Assembly: GCA_012961165.1 (NCBI GenBank)
Contig: DTZW01000398.1
Coordinates: 10,264 to 64,250, forward strand
DNA: 53,987 bases
Source: Gammaproteobacteria bacterium
Lineage (GTDB): Bacteria > Pseudomonadota > Gammaproteobacteria > Pseudomonadales > Azotimanducaceae
Direction: 5' to 3'
The position numbers and the translations under genes were made by a program. This document shows positions 10,214 to 19,637 of this stretch, piece after piece. The notes beneath the pieces are model-generated. The model had not been told where the DNA came from. It did no database searches and saw nothing but the letters and a program-made list of their open reading frames with translations. Numbering within the stretch: position 1 is the stretch's first letter; each line of letters begins with the position of its first letter.

Positions 10214-11062
10214 TTAATCCTTCTGAATCGTTTCTATTCTGTTTCTAATGTCGAACCAGCTATCCATGAGCGCAAGAGATGCCAAAAACGGATATACAAT
10301 CTGGAACAGCAACACCAGGCTCCCATAGAACCCGACTACCCAATTTTTTGATAATTCCCTGTTTGCCATCAACCAATGTGCCAGCCCAATTGAGGCAAAC
10401 ACTAGCGGTACCGTTAACAACGGTAACCAACGACCCAACTGGTCGCCAAACATGTAACAAACGGCCATTGCCAATACGATAGAGCCACTAACCGCTGGTG
10501 AAAGCCGCAACTGGTGGAATTCCTTTCTGAATCCCCCCAGGTTATACAAAGCGCTCTGGCACCATCTGGCGATCATCAACATCACTACCATGGAAAACGC
10601 CTGACCCACCGCAAAAAAACCCATCAGCAACTTCCTGGCTTGCTCCGGGTCAATCACGACTGATGCATCAACCTGTGCAAGGTAGTCGATGTAAAACTGC
10701 ACAAACCTGTCCAGGATCCCCGCCGCACTGAATTCAAATATCAATGCGCCCGCCGCAGAAAACACCACTGATGCAATCAGTACCAGCTCCCAGGATAGGG
10801 TCTGTCGCAATAGCATCGCCATCATGAAAGTCCCAACCAACGCGATCATCGGCGAGGGATCACCTACGAAATATAAGGCTACACCTACTGGCAACAAGGT
10901 CCACAGGAATATAAGTGAACCCGCAGCGATGCCAGACCTCAAACAAACGAGAGCAACAATCACGGTACTCAACCAGCCCAGTAGGGGCAGTGCTGCCGCC
11001 ACCATACTGATGGCTGTCGCGTAGGCTCTACCACGCATTGCAAACTCTGCAATTGCTCGCAT
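10214..11062 (-). CDS. Polytopic inner-membrane protein of unknown function (possibly DUF2232-like) inside the rpsF-rpsR-rplI operon
   Basis: 282 aa with about 7-8 hydrophobic segments. Tightly packed: 15 nt after the rpsR stop and 3 nt before the rplI start. From memory, pseudomonads have an equivalent hypothetical membrane gene at this position. Confidence 0.7.
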   Translation of the reverse strand: MRAIAEFAMRGRAYATAISMVAAALPLLGWLSTVIVALVCLRSGIAAGSLIFLWTLLPVGVALYFVGDPSPMIALVGTFMMAMLLRQTLSWELVLIASVVFSAAGALIFEFSAAGILDRFVQFYIDYLAQVDASVVIDPEQARKLLMGFFAVGQAFSMVVMLMIARWCQSALYNLGGFRKEFHQLRLSPAVSGSIVLAMAVCYMFGDQLGRWLPLLTVPLVFASIGLAHWLMANRELSKNWVVGFYGSLVLLFQIVYPFLASLALMDSWFDIRNRIETIQKD

Positions 11063-11077
11063 AATTTTATCGGCTGG

Positions 11078-11305
11078 TTACTTGTGAGCGTCCGTGTAAG
11101 GAATCAATGCTAGATACCGGGCTCTCTTTACAGCTTTCGCAAGCTGACGCTGGTACCTGGCCTTGGTCCCGGTAATCCTGGAAGGTACAATCTTTCCGGT
11201 TTCCGAAATATAGGCCTTTAGCGTTTCAATATCCTTGTAGTCGATCTCCGTTACACCTTCAGCGGTGAAGCGGCAGTATTTTCGTCTTCTGTAGAATCTA
11301 GACAT
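11078..11305 (-). CDS. rpsR: 30S ribosomal protein S18
   Basis: 75 aa. [21 protein letters not shown]...[20 protein letters not shown] is canonical S18. Confidence 0.96.
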   Translation of the reverse strand: MSRFYRRRKYCRFTAEGVTEIDYKDIETLKAYISETGKIVPSRITGTKARYQRQLAKAVKRARYLALIPYTDAHK

Positions 11306-11309
11306 CTCT

Positions 11310-11825
11310 TTACTCCTCTACCGCGGCTGTAGTGTCTGCTGTTTCTGTTTCTGTTTCTGTGTCTGCTGTTTCTGTTTCTGTGTCTGCTGTTTCAGCTTCG
11401 CTTTTAGTCTTAGCTTCTTCTGCACTTCTCACAGCCGCCGCCGCTGCCGCTGCCTCTGCTCTCTGCGCAGAAACATCGTCGCGTGCTTTCTTTTCCTTGC
11501 TCTCACGCTCAATCTTCATGAGCGGCGACTCTTCTGTATCAGGATTCTTACGCTTCATGATCAGGTTTCTGAGAACGGCATCGTTAAATTTAAATGCAGT
11601 TTCAATTTCCTCGAGCGTCTCTAAAGCACATTCAACGTTCATGAGAATGTAATGGGCTTTGTGAATTTTGTTGATCGGGTACGCCAGTTGACGACGACCC
11701 CAGTCCTCAGTTCGATGGATGACACCACCGCCCTGGGAGATCAGGCTTGAATAACGTTCTATCATTCCAGGCACCTGTTCACTTTGATCAGGGTGCACCA
11801 GAAACACTATTTCATAATGTCTCAT
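11310..11825 (-). CDS. rpsF: 30S ribosomal protein S6 with an extended acidic Thr/Glu/Asp repeat tail
   Basis: 171 aa with a canonical S6 N-terminus ([18 protein letters not shown]). The C-terminus carries a poly-Ala stretch, then [21 protein letters not shown], and ends in EE. Confidence 0.95.
   Translation of the reverse strand: MRHYEIVFLVHPDQSEQVPGMIERYSSLISQGGGVIHRTEDWGRRQLAYPINKIHKAHYILMNVECALETLEEIETAFKFNDAVLRNLIMKRKNPDTEESPLMKIERESKEKKARDDVSAQRAEAAAAAAAVRSAEEAKTKSEAETADTETETADTETETETADTTAAVEE
11332..11400. repeat. In-frame tandem repeat: about 21-nt unit GTGTCTGCTGTTTCTGTTTCT x3 with a nested GTTTCT hexamer microsatellite, in the rpsF 3' end
   Basis: Read directly: 11332-11358 (27 nt, one extra hexamer), 11359-11379 (21 nt), 11380-11400 (diverged copy). 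Encodes the TETAD/TETE tail. Confidence 0.85.
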
Positions 11826-11906
11826 CGAGGCTCCTCTCGGGTTTATGCTTCCTGTCAGGCCGTATTCCGTGCCAGCAGTGAAACAAGGAGAAATTTAAGG
11901 ACGCGC

Positions 11907-11935
11907 ATTGTATGTAAAGGGCTGGCGGGTTGCAA
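11907..11935 (-). promoter_or_regulatory. Candidate sigma70 promoter of the rpsF operon (-35 TTGCAA, 17-bp spacer, -10 TACAAT)
   Basis: On the minus strand, TTGCAA (11935-11930) is followed by exactly 17 nt and then TACAAT (11912-11907). This lies about 80 nt upstream of the rpsF ATG, just after the rlmB stop. Confidence 0.55.
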
Positions 11936-11958
11936 GCCATCCTGTAAAACCAGCGAAA

Positions 11959-12666
11959 TCACCGCTGGCGGTTAATCTCGTAGAGGCAGATACCGGTCGC
12001 CACCGAGACATTCAGGCTAAGATCCGGGTACGGACAGGGGATTGCGGCCAAAAAATCACACCTTTCGCGGGTTTTTTGCCTGATCCCAGACTCTTCAGCA
12101 CCGACAACCAACGCAATGTTCCCTTTCAAGTCAATCTCGGTAAGCGGTTGAGAATCCTCCAACACCGTTCCTACCACCCAGACCCCGTGTTTTTTCAGGG
12201 TATCAAGGCAGCGTGCGAGATTCACCACCTGGTAAATCTTCACCAGGCTCGCCGCGCCACTGGCCGTCTTGATCGCGGCTTCATTAAGGGGCGCTGAGTG
12301 ATCCCTGGCAACAATAACGCCGTCGACACCAAAACTAGCCGCGGAACGCAAGCATGCTCCGAAATTACGTGGATCGGTCACACCATCCAGCACAAGGAAC
12401 AGCTGGCTGGCAAACTCACCGGCTAATTGTGCTTTGAGTTCTTTCTCTGAGCGAACCACCGGGGGCCTGATTTCTAGCGAAACACCCTGGCTGGCCAGTT
12501 CATCCCGGTCGACCTGGCCACGCTCGATACGACAACCAACACTTTGAGCCAGTTCCACCAGCGACTGCTGTCGCGCATTCAGTTTTCCCTCACGCACCGT
12601 GAGACAGATGCCAGCCCCGGCTTCCAGGGCAAGTTGCACCGCATGGATTCCTACAACCCTGCTCAC
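11959..12666 (-). CDS. rlmB: 23S rRNA (guanosine-2'-O-)-methyltransferase RlmB (SpoU family)
   Basis: 235 aa with SpoU/TrmH motifs (LVLDGVTDPRNFGACLRSA, ALVVGAEESG, IPCPYPDLSLNVSVATGICLYE). The GTG start overlaps the rnr stop (GTGA). rnr-rlmB is the standard pairing. Confidence 0.92.
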   Translation of the reverse strand: MSRVVGIHAVQLALEAGAGICLTVREGKLNARQQSLVELAQSVGCRIERGQVDRDELASQGVSLEIRPPVVRSEKELKAQLAGEFASQLFLVLDGVTDPRNFGACLRSAASFGVDGVIVARDHSAPLNEAAIKTASGAASLVKIYQVVNLARCLDTLKKHGVWVVGTVLEDSQPLTEIDLKGNIALVVGAEESGIRQKTRERCDFLAAIPCPYPDLSLNVSVATGICLYEINRQR

Positions 12667-15092
12667 CCTTTTCGTCTCTGCTTTTTAGGGCTCTGCTTTT
12701 TAGGGCTCTGTTTTTTAGGGCTATTGTTTTTAGGAGCCTTATTCCTAGGAGCCTTATTCTTAGGGGCCTTATTTCGAGGGGCCTTATTTCGAGGGGCCTT
12801 ATTTTTAGGGGCAGTGTCTTTAGCACTATTGGCCTTGGCGCCAGAAGATTGCCGTTTCTTGTTGTTTGAAGCTGGTTTCTTTTGATCTTTTTGTTTGCGC
12901 TTTTTCGATTTCTTCCTGGGAATAGGCGAATGGCTAAGCAGTTCCAGGTCAACCTTGCGCTCATCCACATCTACCCCGGCGACCTGCACGGTGACCACAT
13001 CTCCCAAACCAAAGGACTCGTTGCCTCGCTCCCCAAAAAGGCATTGGCCACCCCTGTCGAACTGATAGTAATCACCCACCAGTGTGCTGACATGCACGAG
13101 ACCCTCAACCAGGACACCCTCTAGCTGAACAAAGAAGCCGAATTTCGCGACAGCAGAAATAGTTCCATCGAAGTCGTCGCCAACGTGATCACTGAGGTAA
13201 TCACATTTGACCCAGTCAAGCACTTCATAAACAGCATCATCCGCCCTGCGCTCCGCAAACGACGTATGCTCTCCCTGTAAAATGACTGTCTCCTCTTCAT
13301 AGGGATAGAAGTTGATTTTACCGGGCTTTCCGAATCGTCGAACCTCAGCACAGTCGAACGTTGAGTGAATAGCTGACTTGATCAAACGATGAACCAGCAG
13401 ATCAGGATAACGCCTGATGGGTGAGGTAAAGTGGGTGTAATGTGAATAGCCTAATCCGAAATGGCCCTTGTTCTCTGGGTGGTAAACGGCCTGTTGCATC
13501 GACCTGAGTAGTGCAATCTGCAGCACCTGCCCGTTTTTTTTCTCACGTAATTGCCTGATGGCATTTTGATAATCCCTCGGGGTCCCTGCGCCAAGATCAA
13601 TCCCGAAGCTTTCAAGAAACTCCGCCAGGTACTCAATTTTCTCTTCTTCAGGCTTTTCATGAACACGAAAGAGCCCAGGTAATTCAAGTTTTGACACCAG
13701 CTTTGCCGCACAGACATTTGCACACAACATACATTCTTCGATCAATCGGTGTGCAAAATTCCGGGTGACCAGATTCACATCTGAAACTCTTCCCTCTGCA
13801 TTAAACGAAAAACTGACTTCCCGAGTGTCAAAATCCAGGGCGCCGCGTTCGTTCCTTGTGCCAATCAGTATTCTCGCGAGGTCAAGCATATTCCCCAGGC
13901 TGTCTTTGTGACGCGGGAACTCTTTGCGTTCAACCCAGTCACCCACTGTCGTGTAGGTTAGCCGCTCTTTGGAATGAATCAGACCCTCGAAGAACTGATA
14001 ACTGCCGATACGCCCATGGTCAGATATGCTCATTTCGCAAACCATCACCAACCGGTCGACTTCCGGGTTCAGCGAACATAGCCCATTGCTAAGTTTCTCG
14101 GGCAACATTGGCACTACATATTGCGGAAAGTACACTGAAGTACCACGCTTATAGGCTTCCTGATCCAGTGGTAAACCTGGAAGGACATAATTGGCAACAT
14201 CCGCAATGGCGACCAACAGCCGATATCCACCTCGACGCTTCTCACAGTAAACAGCATCGTCGAAATCTCGTGCGTCTTCGCCATCAATGGTAACGAAATC
14301 CAGGTGCCTCAGGTCCTCACGTTGTCTTTTCTGTGCACGCGTTACTTCAAAGGGTAGCTGGTCAACATCCGTCAGCACCTCATCAGGGAATTCGACCGGT
14401 ATGTCGTTGTTTCGCAGCGCGACTTCCACCTCCATATCGGGCGTCAGATGTTCACCAAGTACTGCCACTATCTCAACGGAAGCCAGCCCATGGAGGGTCG
14501 GCTGTTGCGTGACCCTAGCCACAACAATTCTGCCTTCCTTGATTTCTTCGCCGGGGTCATCGATTAAAATCTCATGATCGATCCGCCGATTTAGCGATTC
14601 CAGCAATGCGATACGGTTATCAAAATGAACCCGGCCTACCAGTTCCAGCGTGTTGCGAGCGAGTACCTCCACGATCTCCCCTTCATCCCTGCCCCTACGA
14701 TCCCTGCCGCGAACACGTACCATCGCCTTGTCCCCATGGAACACAGCGCGCATCTGCCGATGGGAAAGAAATATGTCGTCTCGCTCATCGTCGCAAATCA
14801 GGAAGCCGAATCCATCAGAATGGGCCGATACTTTCCCCGCAAACAGTTCCAGTTTGTTCGCAATGGCATAGACGTTCCTTCTATCAACGACTACCTGACC
14901 ATCGCGCACCATCGCGCGCAGCCTGAGAGTGAGAGCGTCTCGATCTCGCGCGTTTTCAATACCGAGTTCTTTGGCAAGCCGCTTGAACGAAAGAGGCTCG
15001 CCGGCCTTCTCCATATGGCTAAGTATGGCTTCCCGGCTGGCAATGGGATGCTCGTACCTTCCTTTCTCGCGCCTGGAGTGCGGATCTTTCAT
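12663..15092 (-). CDS. rnr: Ribonuclease R with a pentapeptide-repeat lysine-rich C-terminal tail
   Basis: 809 aa with an N-terminal HTH-like region, cold-shock domains, an RNB catalytic domain (TIDGEDARDFDDAVY), and an S1 domain. The basic tail reads APRNKAPRNKAPKNKAPRNKAPKNNSPKKQSPKKQSPKKQ. Confidence 0.95.
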   Translation of the reverse strand: MKDPHSRREKGRYEHPIASREAILSHMEKAGEPLSFKRLAKELGIENARDRDALTLRLRAMVRDGQVVVDRRNVYAIANKLELFAGKVSAHSDGFGFLICDDERDDIFLSHRQMRAVFHGDKAMVRVRGRDRRGRDEGEIVEVLARNTLELVGRVHFDNRIALLESLNRRIDHEILIDDPGEEIKEGRIVVARVTQQPTLHGLASVEIVAVLGEHLTPDMEVEVALRNNDIPVEFPDEVLTDVDQLPFEVTRAQKRQREDLRHLDFVTIDGEDARDFDDAVYCEKRRGGYRLLVAIADVANYVLPGLPLDQEAYKRGTSVYFPQYVVPMLPEKLSNGLCSLNPEVDRLVMVCEMSISDHGRIGSYQFFEGLIHSKERLTYTTVGDWVERKEFPRHKDSLGNMLDLARILIGTRNERGALDFDTREVSFSFNAEGRVSDVNLVTRNFAHRLIEECMLCANVCAAKLVSKLELPGLFRVHEKPEEEKIEYLAEFLESFGIDLGAGTPRDYQNAIRQLREKKNGQVLQIALLRSMQQAVYHPENKGHFGLGYSHYTHFTSPIRRYPDLLVHRLIKSAIHSTFDCAEVRRFGKPGKINFYPYEEETVILQGEHTSFAERRADDAVYEVLDWVKCDYLSDHVGDDFDGTISAVAKFGFFVQLEGVLVEGLVHVSTLVGDYYQFDRGGQCLFGERGNESFGLGDVVTVQVAGVDVDERKVDLELLSHSPIPRKKSKKRKQKDQKKPASNNKKRQSSGAKANSAKDTAPKNKAPRNKAPRNKAPKNKAPRNKAPKNNSPKKQSPKKQSPKKQRRKG
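12681..12815. repeat. Nine tandem 15-nt units (in frame) encoding the (K/R)(N/K)(K/Q)(A/S)P tail of RNase R
   Basis: Read directly in 15-nt register from 12681. Two identical units are CTTTTTAGGGCTCTG; two identical units are ATTTCGAGGGGCCTT; the intervening units are graded variants. Confidence 0.85.
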
Positions 15093-15169
15093 TGGCTGAC
15101 CTCCTTTTCCTTAGATGTACTTTGTAATTGACAGATCCTGTCTGGTAATTGTACCCTGCGCGTCCTAGT

Positions 15170-15256
15170 GCCGAGGTGGTGAAATTGGTAGACACGCTAG
15201 CTTCAGGTGCTAGTGGGGGCAACCCCGTGGAGGTTCAAGTCCTCTCCTCGGCACCA
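15170..15256 (+). tRNA. tRNA-Leu (anticodon CAG), class II with long variable arm, encoded CCA
   Basis: Folded by hand. Acceptor GCCGAGG/CCTCGGC. 3-bp D stem GTG/CAC. Anticodon stem CTAGC/GCTAG with loop TTCAGGT (CAG at positions 34-36). Variable arm GGGG-GCAA-CCCC. T arm GGAGG-TTCAAGT-CCTCT. Discriminator A, then CCA. Confidence 0.95.
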
Positions 15257-15406
15257 ACAACCTACATTAACGTCAGTTAATACCTTGTTGTTGGTTAAGT
15301 AAGACCTCTACTCAGTCTAGTGATCTCTGTACTTTACTTACAAAATAAACACACTTCCCCATGCTGTTTTTGCTTAAATAGCAACGAACCAACATAAGGA
15401 TACTCC

Positions 15407-15853
15407 GTGTCTACCCAAAAACAGTGTGGCTTTACGCTCATCGAACTAATGATCGTCGTCGCCATCATTGGCATCCTCGCGGCGGTTGCCTTGCCCGCGT
15501 ACCAAGACTACATCCAGACAGCGAACAGCAGCAAGATCCGGACTCAGTTTGACGAAGCCCAGCGTGCAACAAATGCTATATATATCCGCAGCATGGTTCA
15601 GTTGCAGCTCAACCATCCACTCAGTGTTCCGTCGACCGACAACGGTTGGATATCACTTTACAATCCACGGGGTAGTACAGCACCAGGCGGTGGCAATGCG
15701 TTCGTTTCCGGCGCAGCAAACGCAACGACAGGTCAAATTGGTGTGGCAACCAGTGGCGTGTTTCCAACCACAGCGCAAGTGATTCTTGAGCTTCCAGCCT
15801 ATGCAACCCTTACTTCAGAATCAGTAACCCTCTCCGTAGCGCAAAACCTTTAA
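15407..15853 (+). CDS. Type IV pilin family protein (class III prepilin signal), orphan gene
   Basis: 148 aa. The GTG start is preceded by AAGGA. The leader MSTQKQCG is followed by [28 protein letters not shown] (prepilin peptidase site G|F, Glu5). There are no cysteines in the mature globular part. Confidence 0.88.
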   Translation: MSTQKQCGFTLIELMIVVAIIGILAAVALPAYQDYIQTANSSKIRTQFDEAQRATNAIYIRSMVQLQLNHPLSVPSTDNGWISLYNPRGSTAPGGGNAFVSGAANATTGQIGVATSGVFPTTAQVILELPAYATLTSESVTLSVAQNL

Positions 15854-15879
15854 CGGCGGGTTGCATTGCCCACCTGACG

Positions 15880-18314
<2,435 letters not shown>

Positions 18315-18330
18315 CTTAGTTTTCCAAAAT

Positions 18331-18516
18331 CTAGTTAATTAAATACAACAACCCTGTACCCAGCAGCATACTCGCCAAACCTGCAATCCGCATGGTCCTG
18401 TCATCTATTTCAGACAACATCATCACCATCTCCCGCCATCGCCTTGGGTAGAGAAAAGGAAGAATTCCTTCAATTACCAGCACGAGACAGAGTGCAATTC
18501 CAACGTCATGCCACAT
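18331..18516 (-). CDS. Small membrane protein, DUF2065/YjeT family
   Basis: 61 aa with two hydrophobic helices (ALCLVLVIEGILPFLYPRRWREM). It occupies the position downstream of hflC that yjeT holds in E. coli. Confidence 0.7.
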   Translation of the reverse strand: MWHDVGIALCLVLVIEGILPFLYPRRWREMVMMLSEIDDRTMRIAGLASMLLGTGLLYLIN

Positions 18517-18628
18517 GTTGTTTTATGGACGTCTACTGAACGCCTTACCCCTCTTACCTATTTTAGGTCCCACTAAACTGAACCAGGTAACGCTGACGGC
18601 TCGCATCTTTCCCGCCATCTTTGTTACC

Positions 18629-18667
18629 CCCCGAAGGCGCACCCCGAAGGAGCACCCCGAAGGGGCA
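18629..18667. repeat. Three tandem 13-nt units CCCCGAAGGNGCA (minus strand TGCNCCTTCGGGG)
   Basis: Read directly: 18629-41, 18642-54 and 18655-67 differ only at unit position 10 (C/A/G). On the transcribed minus strand each unit contains CC-UUCG-GG(GG). Confidence 0.85.
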
Positions 18668-18688
18668 TTCCAAGATACACGACTGGTC

Positions 18689-18719
18689 AAAAAAACGGGT
18701 AGCTTGTGAGGGCTACCCG
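18689..18719 (-). terminator. Rho-independent terminator downstream of hflC
   Basis: The minus strand reads CGGGTAGC-CCTCACAA-GCTACCCG (perfect 8-bp GC-rich stem, 8-nt loop), followed directly by TTTTTTT. It lies 40 nt after the hflC stop. Confidence 0.8.
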
Positions 18720-18758
18720 ATCTTGAAACGCGCAAACTAACTCGTTCGTGGTCTGGGG

Positions 18759-19637
18759 TCAACGACGCGCGCCAGCGCTGTTGTTCAGGTACTTGAAAAA
18801 TTCGCTATCTGGTTGAATCAGAAGGATATCTCCCTTGTTGGAAAATGTTCGCTGATACGCTGTCATGCTACGCGAAAATTCATAGAAGTCCTTATCCTGG
18901 GTGTAAGCAGCCGCATAGATTCTGGCAGCTAATGCATCACCCTCACCGCGAACTTCTTCAGCCTTACTGTACGCTTCCGCCAGTAGCACCTCACGTTGCT
19001 TGTCTGCATCAGCCCGTATCCCAACGGCCAGCTCCTGCCCTTTCGCGCGATGTTCACGAGCTTCAATGTCACGCTCCGTGTTCATACGGTTATAGACCGA
19101 CTGACTGACTTCGGGCGGAAGGTCAATTCGCTTAACCCGAACGTCAATCACTGAAACACCCAACTCTTCCTGTGCGACCTTATTGAGCCGTTCAGTCAGA
19201 ACATGCATCAGCTCATCACGCTCACCGGACACAACCTCATGCAGGCTTCGCTTACTGATTTCATTTCGCAGACCGTTATTGATTCGCTCCTTCAGCAGTT
19301 CCTCAGCTCGCCGCTCATCACCTGATGTTGCAGTATAGTAGGTCTGCACATTAGCAATTTTGTATTTTGCGAACGAATCGACAATGACCGCTTTCTTTTC
19401 AAGGGTCAAAAAACGTTCCGAAGGTGCATCAGTAGTTCGCACCCGCCCATCAAACTTCCGCACTTCATTAATAATAGGAAGTTTTACATGCAGTCCTGGC
19501 TTGATGTCATCGTTAACGACCCGACCAAATTCCAGCAAGATAGCTCGCTCCAGCTCGGTCACCACATATAGCGAGTTCATCCCCAAAAGCCCCAGTAGCA
19601 CCAGGACGAATCCGACAACAAAAGTTCGGTTACCCAT
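18759..19637 (-). CDS. hflC: FtsH protease modulator HflC (SPFH/band-7)
   Basis: 292 aa with an N-terminal TM segment and an SPFH domain. Overlaps the hflK stop by 1 nt. Confidence 0.94.
   Translation of the reverse strand: MGNRTFVVGFVLVLLGLLGMNSLYVVTELERAILLEFGRVVNDDIKPGLHVKLPIINEVRKFDGRVRTTDAPSERFLTLEKKAVIVDSFAKYKIANVQTYYTATSGDERRAEELLKERINNGLRNEISKRSLHEVVSGERDELMHVLTERLNKVAQEELGVSVIDVRVKRIDLPPEVSQSVYNRMNTERDIEAREHRAKGQELAVGIRADADKQREVLLAEAYSKAEEVRGEGDALAARIYAAAYTQDKDFYEFSRSMTAYQRTFSNKGDILLIQPDSEFFKYLNNSAGARR

Noticed and set aside
11332-11652. 106-aa plus-strand ORF with SVSVSVS repeats
   Set aside because: It is antisense to rpsF, and the repeat is the S6 tail array read on the opposite strand.
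12544-12970. Two ORFs (113 aa plus strand, 126 aa minus strand alternative frame) with striking FLGLC / LEIRP periodicity
   Set aside because: The periodicity is simply the 15-nt rnr tail repeat read in other frames or on the other strand. The rnr frame has full-length homology.
15357-15375. Possible sigma54 (-24/-12) promoter upstream of the pilin gene (CCCATGCTGTTTTTGCTT)
   Set aside because: The TTGC -12 element is present, but the obligatory GG of the -24 element is missing (CC instead). The spacing to GC would be 11 rather than 10, so it is not a credible RpoN promoter.
18523-18762. 79-aa minus-strand ORF filling the hflC-DUF2065 spacer
   Set aside because: It starts inside the hflC stop region and reads straight through a strong intrinsic terminator and the 13-nt repeat array. 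Its basic low-complexity composition suggests a chance frame.
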